This document shows positions 40,801 to 52,947 of a DNA stretch of 64,000 nt, piece by piece. The notes under the pieces are model-generated. The model saw nothing but the letters and a program-made list of their open reading frames with translations, ran no database searches and was not told where the DNA came from. Position 1 is the first letter of the stretch. Every line of letters starts with the position of its first letter. The translations under genes and the position numbers were made by a program. The DNA is from Ostrea edulis (lineage: Eukaryota). The DNA lies in contig NC_079165.1 of the NCBI RefSeq assembly GCF_947568905.1, positions 65,906,001 through 65,970,000 on the forward strand. Reading direction: 5' to 3'.

Positions 40801-42536
40801 TCTAACAAATGATTGGCTGCTAATGGAACATTGTAGTGCCGTAACAGTTCAGAATGTTTGGATTGATGAATTAAGTGTGTGGCTTCATGAAAATAAAATT
40901 GTGAAGTAAATAGTAACAAAGGAATATGCATGAATGGCCTTCTTTTCCTAACCTCTGTTGTCTTCATCTAACTATTTTTGTCTTCGTCTAACTCTTGTGA
41001 AAGATGTATATAATATGCTTTACCGTGTAATAATACTATTGCAAGAATTATCCTCTAACAGAATTTTTTATTATAATAGTTAACCTTATATAATGTATGT
41101 ATATGTAAAATGTTATGGAGTGTATGCTGATTTTATGGGTTTTTATGGAGTCTTAACATTTTCACTAAATTTACATGTAGAAACAAATGTACAAATGATC
41201 AGTGATGAAGATTCAGCAGTGCCATTAGTGACAGCAGACAAGGATTCTAAAGTAGAGGTCGAACCTTATGATACAGAGGCCTCAGAGAAAGGTCAAAAAC
41301 ACCCCCCACCCACCCTCTGTCCTCCTTGTTTCATGCATGAAATGTATCAGAAACCAAGAGCTCTTACAATTCTGTCATTTTCAAAAGCAGATCTTGATAT
41401 TCATATGCTTTCCCGTAGTAGGCAACCAAACGATCTCGATCTGTTCTGTTTTAGTGGGACTTGTGATATACCATGTCAAATGAATGACTCTCTCTGTTCT
41501 GTCTCATTCATGTGTACACAGTCCCCTCTCAATTGTCTACCATAAAGCATAATCGGGAACAGACATTTTAGTTTATAATGAAACATACCTGTAATGTATT
41601 TTATGATAGTGTAAATAGTTATGTTACTTTCAGCATGTCTGTACCCACTGACTCCCGATACAGTTCTCTAGACCCTATTGTCTTTAGCATGATACTTTAA
41701 AGAGCATGCATATAGCATATCTTGTACCATTATATTTCTAATAAGAATATACATAAAAAAAACTTTGCATGACTTTTTTTTTAATTCTACTAATGTTCAT
41801 AACTTAATATTAAAATATTCTTGTGTGAGCATTTTTTTTTTGGATAAGTGTATTTGAGATTTGATTTTTTTTTTTCACCATTACAATCTGCATGACATTG
41901 TCTTGATTTTCTTTTCCAGGATTAGGTTACTCCCACCCATTTGAAATCAAGCGTTAGTTCAATCATTCATATCTGCATGAACAAAACTGCATGTCCAAAC
42001 ATTAAGTTGTATTTGTAACCATTACATAACATACATGTTCAGTATTTTGATCATTTTAATAAAAAAAATTATATCTATATGCTTTTAAACTATTTCTAAA
42101 CAGATAAAATAACTCAAGTCTATTGAAATTCAAAATATGTTGCTTACATCATATTATATATATATATATATATGTATGTATATAACTAATTTTTGAGAAA
42201 AGTTCCCATAATTTTGCTTAGTGCATATATACATGTATATTCAATGCTTTTAATTGACCTTTGTAATAAAAAAAGAAATAGTTCTTAGTTCCTTTGTCAT
42301 ATAAAATTCATTTTGCTGTTTATTCATTACATTGCAGTTAATTTCGACTTTGGAAAAGAGTATATTTGTGTTTGCAACCTTTTCACTTAGTACATTCAAT
42401 GTCTATCATTTATACAGTGCCAATACTTCATAAATATGTATTCCAATAGCTCAACATTAAATGCAATCATGCTTGTATTTCAGAGAAAGAAAATAAAGAG
42501 ACTACAGAGGAGAAAGAAGAGGCAGTGAAATCTTGA
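27405..42536 (+). CDS. TTC25: Tetratricopeptide repeat protein 25 / outer dynein arm docking complex subunit 4 (~626-aa isoform)
   Basis: Exons 27405-27539, 28169-28300, 28432-28585, 28990-29051, [29892-29906], [30921-30929], 32115-32283, 32576-32788, 33156-33363, 33473-33559, 34949-35145, 36402-36623, 36958-37023, 38799-38846, 41181-41291, 42484-42536. Motifs GDFETALVYFHRGHKLRP, GIQKAQEAINNSIG, QLLGELY.DK, FWRQQKPMYAR, SRALDNLGRV, TWLYHEIGRCYLEL. Tail exons are less certain than the TPR core. Confidence 0.93.
27951..28052. mobile_element. 102-bp near-perfect palindromic MITE with a 10-bp TSD (Mutator-like)
   Basis: 40-bp arms with 2 mismatches, central palindrome CATACATAATTATGTATG, and TCTTTACTAG duplicated at 27941-27950 and 28053-28062. 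Confidence 0.8.
30385..30672. repeat. Purine-rich (GA/GACA/GGGA) compound microsatellite
   Basis: Direct reading. Confidence 0.95.
31691..31867. mobile_element. pogo/Tigger-like MITE
   Basis: TA|CAGTCAAACCTC ... GAAGTTCAACTG|TA. Confidence 0.6.
35186..36290. repeat. 21-bp minisatellite (~50 units) in a TTC25 intron
   Basis: Unit GTGTGTATTCAGACATAGGGA, with occasional 26-bp variants. Confidence 0.97.
37442..37749. mobile_element. TTAA-flanked MITE (Kolobok-like)
   Basis: TTAA|AGGGTCATGGACACAA ... TTGTGTCCATGCTCCT|TTAA; 14 of 16 complementary. Confidence 0.75.
38222..38723. mobile_element. TTAA-flanked MITE (Kolobok-like)
   Basis: TTAA|AGGGACTGGTT ... AATCAGTCCCT|TTAA. Confidence 0.75.
39067..40805 (+). 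CDS. TTC25: TTC25 alternative long tail: 1011-nt S/K/E-rich exon (39067-40077) plus terminal exon (40471-40805), giving a ~1020-aa isoform
   Basis: First AG after a long pyrimidine tract at 39065-39066, GTGAGT donor at 40078, phase 1-1. The next exon continues in frame to TAA at 40803-40805. Confidence 0.75.
41920..41957 (+). CDS. Candidate third TTC25 terminal exon (GLGYSHPFEIKR*)
   Basis: Strong acceptor TTTTCTTTTCCAG, phase 1, short open frame, AATAAA near 42059. Confidence 0.35.
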
Positions 42537-43301
42537 GACGGACCTGATGTGTATAAAACGAACATTTTTAAAGACAACAATTCGATGGAGCCTTAGAAGT
42601 ACATTTATTTACGCAGTAGCCAGTTTAAGGGAGGGGGGGATAACATATTTTGATCAAACATTTGCCACATTGTACTGCTAGTATCGCAGGAATCTGTTGT
42701 GAAAGTTGCATGATGTTTGCAGCATTAAGTCAACTTCAAATAATTTTTCATACATTAAACCTCTTCTAAATTTTCACTAAAGCAAAATAGTGTTTTTAAA
42801 CTTTTTGATTAAAGTTTGGTGCATGGAAAGGGGTCATGATATCTGTAAATATATTGTGAATTTCTATCTGAGAATCAGTACTTTTATTTCCTAAAATCTA
42901 CTCGAGAGTTTCCAGGGGCTTTACCCTAAACCTGCTGGGAGAATAGAGATGCCCCTCCTTCTCCATCATAATACTGGATCTGTCACTGCTACGCAGCCTT
43001 TTTAATAGCATAACATTTTATTACCCAAACTGAAACACTGTTATTGTAAATTTTATTGTATTCAGCTCATCAATACATGTAGTAGGTACTATGAAGCATA
43101 TTGTTGATGTATTGATTTGCTATAAAATGTTTTGTATACTTTTAATATACATATTTTTTTTATTTTTTTTTTTACATATATGTGCTAGAAAGCTGTTTGC
43201 ATTATATTCAAATTATGTGCACAGTCTACGCAATTTGTTAATAAATTTAACTAATTTTTTGTCATAGTTCTCTTTGATTTTGTCTTCATTGAGGTTTTTT
43301 T

Positions 43302-46300
43302 TCAGTAAAATTTTGGAACTCTCTTTTTTAAAGGACACATGCCTGAAGGGATTCTTTCAAATAGTGTTTGACTGCCATCTGTAACAGAAAGTAAATTAAT
43401 CTTAAAGTGAATTAATCTGATAGGCTAAATTCAGATGAGCATGAAGTTAAATGTTTTTAAAATACAAAATTAAACACGAGATGGTAGTACAGTACAATCT
43501 TACACCACTGAGATCCATAGTACACGGGACAGATTCCCATCTGAGCTCTAGTCTCTGCAAATACAACGTTACCCTGAAATAAAAAGATTATAATTATATA
43601 TACATCTGTATGTATCTATGATTATAATTATATATACATCTGTACATATCTATGATTATAATTATATATACATCTGTACATATCTATGATTATAATTATA
43701 TATACATCTGTACACATCTATGATTATAATTATATATACATCTGTACACATCTATGATTATAATTATATATAAATCTGTACGTATCTATGATTATAATTA
43801 TATATACATCTGTACACATCTGTGATTATAATTATATATACATCTGTACACATCTGTGATTATAATTATACCCCCCGCAACAAGTTGTGGGGGGGGTATA
43901 CTGGAATCGGGTTGTCCGTCCGTCCGTCCGTCCGTCTGTAGACGCAATGGTTTCCGGACTCTAAAGCATTATCCTTTCCACCTACCGTCACCATATCATA
44001 CATATGGACTACCCATGGGATGAAGATGTTCCCTATCGATTTTGGGGTCAAAAGGTCAAAGGTCAAGCGCACTGGACATCGAAGTAGCAATATGGTTTCC
44101 GGGCTCTAAAGCGTTATCCTTTCCACCTACAGTCACCATATCATACATATGGACTACCCATGGGATGAAGATGTTCCCTATTGATTTTGGGGTCAAAAGG
44201 TCAAAGGTCAAGTGCACTGGACATCGAAGTAGCAATATGGTTTCCGGGCTCTAAAGCGTTATCCTTTCCACCTACAGTCACCATATCAAACATATGGACT
44301 ACCCATGGGATGAAGATGTTCCCTATCGATTTTGGGGTCAAAAGGTCAAAGGTCATCCGCACTGGACATCAAAGTAGCAATATGGTTTCCGGGCTCTAAA
44401 GCATTATCCTTTCCACCTACAGTCACCATATCATACATATGGACTACCCATGGGATGAAGATGTTCCCTATTGATTTTGGGGTCAAAAGGTCAAAGGTCA
44501 AGCGCACTGGACATCGAAGTAGCAATATGGTTTCCGGGCTCTAAAGCGTTATCCTTTCCACCTACAGTCACCATATCATACATATGGACTACCCATGGGA
44601 TGAAGATGTTCCCTATTGATTTTGGGGTCAAAAGGTCAAAGGTCAAGCGCACTGGACATCGAAGTAGCAATGTGGTTTCCGGGCTCTAAAGCGTTATCCT
44701 TTCCACCTACAGTCACCATATCACACATATGGACTACCCATGGGATGAAGATGTTCCCTATCGATTTTGGGGTCAAAAGGTCAAAGGTCACGCGCACTGG
44801 ACATCGAAGTAGCAATATGGTTCGGTTTGTCATGCCATTTGTTTTTTACACTCAGAAAAGAGGTAGTTTATACCTATTACCAACACCCTTTGGGAGATTG
44901 GGGTAAGCGGGGGGTATTCTTAGTGAGCATTGCTCACAGTACCTCTTGTTATATATACATGTGTACGTATCTATGATTATATTTGAATTGTGTACTGTAC
45001 AAAAATCCACCAAAAGTTAAACTGAAACAAGAAACGATCAAATTTTCTGAAATCTAGAAAAAAGGTGGAGGGTCATTGTATAAGTATTGTTGCTGTGATT
45101 AACGGAAGGATCTGAAATTCGAGAATATAATTAGTTGCACATATATTAAATTACAAGTACATTCATCAATATTTTGCTAATACAATCCTTTGCTAGCTAA
45201 ATATTTATATATTCTCATATGGGAACTCCTCTTTAGGTTACAAAGTCTTGCTTAGTATTGAAAGTTATTCGGTGCATAAAAAAAACCTTGCAACACTTTG
45301 ATACACGATTGAACTAACCTTAGTGACGGGTATCTTTATCTTGGACATAGGAAATACTAACTCTCCGCCAACTGTAGAATCGGTGAGCTAAGAAAACCAA
45401 CATAGGCGATGACTACATTTTTTTTTTATTTTGTATTTTATGCATCAAAATTGAGAGAGAAAAGAAATGGGCTTACAAATGAGATGAAATTTCCGACGAC
45501 TGGGCTTTGTTCCTACAAAAGAAATTACAGCTTTTTACGAAAGTCATGATCTGTATATTGCTGTGAACACCCATTACGCAATGTCATGTTTGTTGCAGAA
45601 TACTGTCCATTTCTAACATATTTCAGCTGAAGATTTTATACTTCATGAAATATATCAAAAAGGACAAAAACTGTACCTCGGGTTCGTAATCCATCATCTG
45701 CCCTTCTGTGCCGATATTAAAAGTCTAGACAGGTAGAAAAAAAGAATTCACGTGGTTAATCTCAACATATAAGGATAGAGATTATCGTAATCAAAGTCAT
45801 ACTGTAAGACTACTGTCTATAGACTAACCCAGTAATAACCATACTGTCAAATATACTGTCTATAGACTAACCCAGTAATAACCATACTGTCTATAGACTA
45901 ACCCAGTAATAACCACACTGTCAAATATACTGTCTATAGACTAACCCAGTAATAATCATATTGTCAAATATACTGTCTATAGAATAACCCAGTAATAACC
46001 ATCCTGTCTATAGACTAACCCAGTAATAACCATCCTGTCTATAGATTAACCCAGTAATAACCATCCTGTCAAATATACTGTCTATCTAGACTAACCCAGT
46101 AATAACCATACTGTCAAATATACTGTCTATAGAATAACCCAGTAATAACCATACTGTCAATTATACTGTCTATAGAATAACCCAGTAATAACCATACTGT
46201 CTATAGACTAACCCAGTCATAACCATACTGTCTATAGACTAACCCAGTAATAACCATACTGTCTATAGACTAACCCAGTAATAACCATACTGTCAAATAT

Positions 46301-49300
46301 ACTGTCTATAGACTAACCCAGTAATAATCATATTGTCAAATATACTGTCTATAGAATAACCCAGTAATAATCATACTGTCTATAGACTAACCCAGTAATA
46401 ACCATACTGTCAAATATACTGTCTATAGACTAACCCAATAACCATACTGTCTATAGACTAACCCAGTAATAACCATACTGTCTATAGACTAACCAAGTAA
46501 TAACCATACTGTCTATAGACTAACCAAGTAATAACCATACTGTCAAATATACTGTCTATAGACTAACCCAGTAATAATCATATTGTCAAATATACTGTCT
46601 ATAGAATAACCCAGTAATAACCATACTGTCTATAGACTAACCCAGTAATAACCATACTGTCTATAGACTAACCCAGTAATAACCATCCTGTCAAATATAC
46701 TGTCTATAGACTAACCCAGTAATAATCATATTGTCAAATATACTGTCTATAGAATAACCCAGTAATAACCATACTGTCAAATATAATGTCTATAGACTAA
46801 CCCAGTAATAAACATACTGTCTATAGACTAACCCAGTAATAACCATACTGTCTATAGAATAACCCAGTAATAACCATACTGTCAAATATACTGTCTATAG
46901 AATAACCCAGTAATAACCATACTGTCAAATATACTGTCTATAGACTAACAAAGTAAGCCATACTGTCAAACATACAAGATACTTACTCTGTATGAAAAGA
47001 ACACGCGCGGGAAATGACTGAGTTTCAGTTCTGAGAATTTGGCTTGTAAGTTTGGAATCCATTTCCAGTATGTCGTGTCGTACACTGCTGCACTGAAATG
47101 CAACGAGGGAACTCTCTTATAGAAAACAATGGACGCATAAAAATAACCCCTAAACGTCGATTGATTTTGTACACCCCTTGTATCAGGGACTGTAACACGA
47201 ACAGCACAGATCTTTTTTCATTCACCAATGGTTTAAAGTAAAGTTCAAACGAATAGACCATTAAAACCAACTAAACATTTTCTTTTTAACCAAAGACTGG
47301 GGCTTTGTTGCAATAATGAAAAACCGACAGCTGATTTATATATGAGTGTATTTTAAAGAAGCTGTGCAAATAAGAATCATTCAATATTGGAAATAAGTAA
47401 TTTTTCCTAAAGAGCCTACACACAGATATTATTATTATTTCAAATTTTTTTTTAATACTTTATATAGCATATATAGTGAGTTTACGTCACATTATACTAG
47501 AAAATACAGAGTTATCTGCCCTTTATGTAATATAAAACGTTGCGAGTTTTGCTAGGCAAAGAAGGGGCAAACAACAAACCACGATTGACTTTATGATCGT
47601 TGTAATTAGGAACAAATTATTAAAAACTTTTATTCGTAACCTTTTCAATGAACCACCCTTTGCATGATTCTAACATGCATTGTTTTTGTAATTAACCAAT
47701 CTGACTGAAGCCAAACCTAGCTAGCTCTATATCAAATTAGCGTAAACGAAGCTCTCGTTCTAGGGTCAGCGTATGTAACTAACGTGATCCAGGGTATCCC
47801 TGTAAACACGATGTCTTGCATTCTTATGAACATTTCAATAAACGAAGACATTGATATTTCTGTTTAGGAAGTGGGCGCAAAAGATGCGATTTATGCAGTA
47901 ATTTGGGTATATAGGTAACGTAATTTTTAATTTTTTTTTATCAATTTCTTCTATACTTTCCTGTATCCAGTTAGCATGTTTGGGATATTGGATAAATAAA
48001 AAGTTACCAAATTTTTGCTTCATGTAGATAGAATGTTCATCTAATTTTGGTCAGTCATCTGACTCAAGGTAAACTGATATTTTTTCTGTCATTTCTTTGT
48101 GTAAAATGCGTACAATAAATTTCAAAAAAGAAAATAAACTGAAGAATTTGCCCATTTCTGAAAAACAAAATATTCAGGTTAACTTGCATGTACAACCTGA
48201 TCAATATATTTAAATCCCATTTCACCATATGCATGATACGTGTCTCGAATATAGTACAGTCCGCGATATACCATTTAGAGCACTCACTGGCTGAACTCGT
48301 TGTATGGGCATTCTCCATCGGTGTTTGTATGTATGTTTACAATTTGTTTTATACTTTATTTGAATTGCGGATAATATACATTTGAATGTATTATTTTGAT
48401 TAAAATAATTTCATCATTAGTTGTGATGAAAAAATATGTAATAGAATATCTCGCTACACATTCGATTCCTGCAATTTCCTTACCATCATATCTGAATAAT
48501 TTATGATTTCTGCCCCCCCCCCCCCCCCCTCCCCCAACAAAAGAAAAAAGAGCGTAGAAATATTAGAAAACAGAAAAATGAATTTAGTGTTTGTAAACGG
48601 CAAATAACTCTGAATTATAAGTCAATGTTGAATTAATTTTGACGAGGGAGTGGTACATGAAACGTCATTACGTATTTCGTGATAAACATTAACATATATA
48701 TATAGTACGTAAGATCCAGAAAATAAAAATAGGCTTTTTTCTTTGTTTTTATAATCATTCTGCAGATCGATAAATAAAATTGCGTTTTTTCCAGTACTAA
48801 GACTAATTTTCTTTAAATTGCATAATTGTTAGCTGATACAACTTAATATTTTACTTGTGTTTCACTTGGGAGTATCCTCTCACTGTGGAGGAGTCCATCA
48901 GCTGCAACAGAAAAATAATCCTTAGAAGAGTTTTAAATGAAACACAACAAGAACATATCCGATTAAAATATAAAAAAAAGTGTAAAGGCGAAACAATGGT
49001 TCATCTAGACACTGAAAACTTTCTACAATACCACAACTCTACAATACCACAATATTAAATCCATAAAAATACCAAAAATGTATTTTAAAAAATAATATTA
49101 ATAAATGTACAGATAGATAAATATATAAAAAAAAAACAACCCAACAAAACATCCTCAATGAAAAACGAGGTGAATGACACACTTTAAGGAAGCAGGGTAG
49201 TCATTGAACAATACTGTCCATGTTTTGTAAACCAATGAAAATAGTAAAGAAAGCATATCTAATAATTATAAAAATATTTCTGAAAATGTGCAGAGCCTTA

Positions 49301-51712
49301 GATAATCTGAAGTCCCTATAATGTTGCTATTAATGTGTACGGTCTGCTACAAATTTAGAATAAAGTATATCCAAGAATTTCAACAACAACAAAAAAATAT
49401 GTAATCAACTCCGAGCCAGCCTCCTTAAGACAACTTCAATGATGTGAGGGTCTATGTCATGTATTGTTCATAATATTGAGCCACATTTCTAATGGACAGT
49501 GGAATTCCAGTATTTTTTATTGATACTGATAGTGACAACTATTTCAACATGCACAGTGCACAAACTTGCTTTAACGTTACAGTATACGTTTGGATTTGTT
49601 TTCTTGTTATATACAATGATCTTCTGCCGCTCACCTTCTTATATCCCATATAAGAAATGGCCATTGCAGTACCCTTGTCCAACATATCGTACAGAACAAT
49701 GATCTGGGGACGTCCGTTAACCACTTCCGCCCTCACGCCAGTCTTCATGTACGGAACAGGATTCCTCAACGGGAAGTACACGCACTTTAATCTAGATGAC
49801 TTTGAAATTACCTGAAAATAGTAGAATTCTGAATACTAACATGTATAGTACAGGCAGCAAAATGAAAATATGGTAAATTGATTTTTAAAAAAAGTGACCA
49901 TTTTCTGTTCTGATTTGCAGAGTTCCTCATAGAGCCGCCTGCTCTTCTTTGACGGTTTTCTCGGTTTCAGTTCAGAAGGATCAGCTGATGATTTGCTTGT
50001 CTGTAAATATTCCAAGTTTCTTTTGGCAGCAACGTTTTTGGGATCTACAATATTCAAAGTAGCAGCAACTGAATCACATTCATTTTTATGTCTAGTAATA
50101 TCCCTTCAATCAAAATCAGTTTGAAGCCAAAGTACATTTTCTTACCTAGTCGCAGCAAGTCAGCTAACGTCGTCTGTGCTTCTTTGACAAGACCAGCCTG
50201 TATTACAAGATTTTAACCTCTAATTTCACACGCTTCAAAGTAGATATACGTGAATTATGAAGGAAGTGCTAAAGTTTAGTAGATTACAAATTTTAGTATG
50301 CAGCTGAACCAACCTTGAAATATGCATTGGATAATAGGTGGAACACTGCCGATGACGATATTTGGTCATCTATATCGGATATACGATTTTCTTTCACCTC
50401 ATCCACGATGTATCTGAACCACTTAATAGCATAGTATGTGTCGTCCATTTCATATGCAGAGTTTGCTATGTCAAAGGCGTCCGACAGGGATAGCCTCTGT
50501 AGCGGCTTCACTCCCGTTACATCGCCACTCATTATCTGCTCAATGGTGAGGCTTTTGTAAAGCTGAAGCGCAGATATAGTACTTGCGATTGTGTTAAAGA
50601 CGTCCTTATTTGGAACATTTTCTTCTATGTTTTGTAATTTCACTTTTAAAGCTGAAAGAAATTGATAAATGTGAAAATGAAATGTGTATTATTTAGCTGT
50701 TTCGCAAAATGGTATTGACAAATGGTATATGTGACTTAACTGACTCAAATGTTTGGCCCCGGATTTCCAAACTTTACCGCTGTACTCTTTGACAGCTCGG
50801 TTATACTCACATTCTGTATATAGACCTTTAAGAAACCTTTCAACGAATATCACCACGGGATTCAAACAAGAATGTGTATTGTCTAAATCTGGCAGTGGCA
50901 ATGGTATGGCAGAAGGAAACTGAGTAATGAACGAACTGAAGGGCTGGCCAAGATAATAAAAATTAGCTATGAAAAAACAAAACAGAAACGCTGGACCAGC
51001 TAATTTTCAAAAAGGCTCTATAGTAGCACTATAGGTTGGTAATCAGAAGGCAAGCGAGTACCTGGTTACTTAGAAACCACATAGAAGGACGGTAGGAAAA
51101 AGCGGAAGTACGGGACCAAACAGCAGGAGACTCAAATGAAAGATGCCGATGGTGGCATCATGTCACTGAGAGATTAAGGTGCTATGTAAGACCCAATTCG
51201 AAAGTTATTCAACAGAGAAACCAACTAGGTATTTATATCAAATGTTCTTAGAGTTTAAAAAAAATGTTACCTTTGACACAAGTATCACTATTTAGTATAA
51301 GTTGTAAAATTTCCCGCCATTCGTGGTATAGTCGTCTGGTGAGGTGGAACTGGTTGATGGGGTGGCTGATATAACCTACTACATTCCTGCCGATATCCTT
51401 GTGAATAGTTTTGACATTTTCAAGCATCCTGCAAAGAATGTATAAAAGAAAAGGAACAACATGATGAGGATAAATGGTGGTTCATCCCTCACACATCGCT
51501 GTACTTATGATCAATACTGACCCAGTTATATTGGCAAACTTGTGAACATCTTCCTCATGATTTCTTAACTCCTGTTTAACGATCAAATCCGAGAGAGTGA
51601 GAAGTTCCTCTTCCATTCGGAAAAACTTTTCAAAATTCATAACTGTAGTTAGATCTTGGGAAGTTCCAAAGGAAAAGCACGCGACCAAGAAAACTGTAAC
51701 CACTCGAGCCAT
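43302..51712 (-). CDS. P4HA: Prolyl 4-hydroxylase alpha-subunit homologue, 504 aa, catalytic residues lost (probable pseudoenzyme)
   Basis: 13 exons: 51712-51522, 51428-51271, 50651-50314, 50197-50146, 50044-49899, 49811-49635, 48901-48855, 47092-46987, 45724-45677, 45512-45477, 45387-45319, 43573-43504, 43378-43302. 1515 nt, all GT-AG, no internal stop. Signal peptide, HPINQFHLTRRLYHEW, TPR (DAFDIANSAYEMDDTYYAIKWF), LYEELCK, DSTVGGELVFP, CPVYYGSQW. Confidence 0.88.
43586..43867. repeat. 34-bp minisatellite (8 units plus one interrupted unit completed after 44950)
   Basis: Unit GATTATAATTATATATACATCTGTACACATCTAT, period 34. Confidence 0.95.
43867..44950 (+). mobile_element. Helentron/pearl-type element with a 6 x 145-bp satellite core
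   Basis: 5' ATACCCCCCGC hairpin, (GTCC)n, units at 43951/44096/44241/44386/44531/44676, 3' GCGGGGGGTAT subTIR, GTGAGCATTGCTCAC stem-loop, CTTGTT end. Confidence 0.9.
45800..46972. repeat. Minisatellite of mixed 31-bp and 43-bp units
   Basis: Core ATACTGTCTATAGACTAACCCAGTAATAACC with an optional 12-bp ATACTGTCAAAT module. Confidence 0.95.
50780..51180 (+). mobile_element. Heavily deleted RTE-like LINE fragment in a P4HA-like intron
   Basis: Relics YIDL*ETF (FIDLEKAF-like), TGFKQECVLS (TGVRQGCVLS-like), WYG...LAKII and EGKR...T*KDG. Confidence 0.45.
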
Positions 51713-52018
51713 CTTTATCAGTACGAGTTGTAAGGAGGCAGTCGCCACGTGAACATCTGTTTCACTGTGAGTTTCCTAAAGATGACGCTTCCAACACGTG
51801 TTGCGTGTTGTATGTGGACATTGATTTGGAGTGTCACCCCTTTACGACGCACAACATCAATCGATGGCAGTATCGATGCAGCATTCCGTCAATTATATTT
51901 TGAACAGATTCAATTTTGTCTTATATACAATGATGATTTCCTTAAGTGTGTTCTTTTTGTAAACGATAAGGGATCTAAAATTTTACCAAAAGTGTACCAC
52001 GTAGGTAAGAAAAAGCAT

Positions 52019-52100
52019 TTAGCAGACTCGATGTTCAATTAGCAGACTCGACGTCTATTTAGCAGACTAGATGTACAATTAGCACACTCGACGTTCAATT
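52019..52100. repeat. 20-bp tandem repeat (4 units)
   Basis: TTAGCAGACTCGA(T/C)GTTCAA. Confidence 0.85.
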
Positions 52101-52856
52101 TGAGCGAGAACAACGTTAAACAATTAACGGTATGCGTTAAAATATTTTGTAAAACATGTTTATATACTGTATATCTATTAAATTTCTTTTAAGCAGATGT
52201 AATTATTTCTGATTCGGAAACCATGCTGCTTCCAATTTCATTACTCGTGTGAATTTTAACTCCGTATCAGATATGCCGGTAATTTGCAATGACACTGCAA
52301 TCCGAGCTTGAGTTTTATTGACAAGAACTGTTGACAGGGGCAAGCAATTGAATAAGAAATCAATGATATGCTGCAATAATGAATAAGTTGAAGTTATGTT
52401 ATGACAACACATATAGACTCCATTGAACTTAGGGTACAGCATCAGTATGACATGTCAAACGTTGTATTATTTAATACTTTCCATTTATATTGTTTCATTT
52501 GTATTGTGCATCATCCATCTATATTGCATAATTTTTCATTTGTATTGTACATTTTCCATTTGTGTTGTATAATTGTTCATTTGTATTGTATTACGGCAAT
52601 TTACTATGGACAGTGTAGATGTCCTGACGTGTATGGTATACAATGGTAATGATGTTGTCTTTTCACAGATGTAATGAAATTTTAGATGGGTTTTTGTGTT
52701 TTCTATTTAAAAAAAAAAAAGGAAAATGAAGAAAACGAACGACTGCGAACAATTTTCACGTCTGTGTTGAAGTGTTTGACGGTAGGGGATCTAACCGAAT
52801 GCAATATACGAGTACATGTATCATGAAAACTAGAATTTATTGCGTCACCTGATAGA

Positions 52857-52874
52857 ATATATATATATATATAT

Positions 52875-52945
<71 letters not shown>
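52857..52945. repeat. (TA)n/(GT)n microsatellite
   Basis: Direct reading. Confidence 0.95.

Positions 52946-52947
<2 letters not shown>

Noticed and set aside
43866-44976. Repeated ~70-aa ORFs, and a CRISPR-like appearance
   Set aside because: 145-bp satellite units of a Helentron-type element; no unique spacers, eukaryotic context.
50689-50901. 70-aa minus ORF as an extra P4HA-like exon
   Set aside because: Flanking exons already join in phase, and the opposite strand carries RTE-like RT relics.
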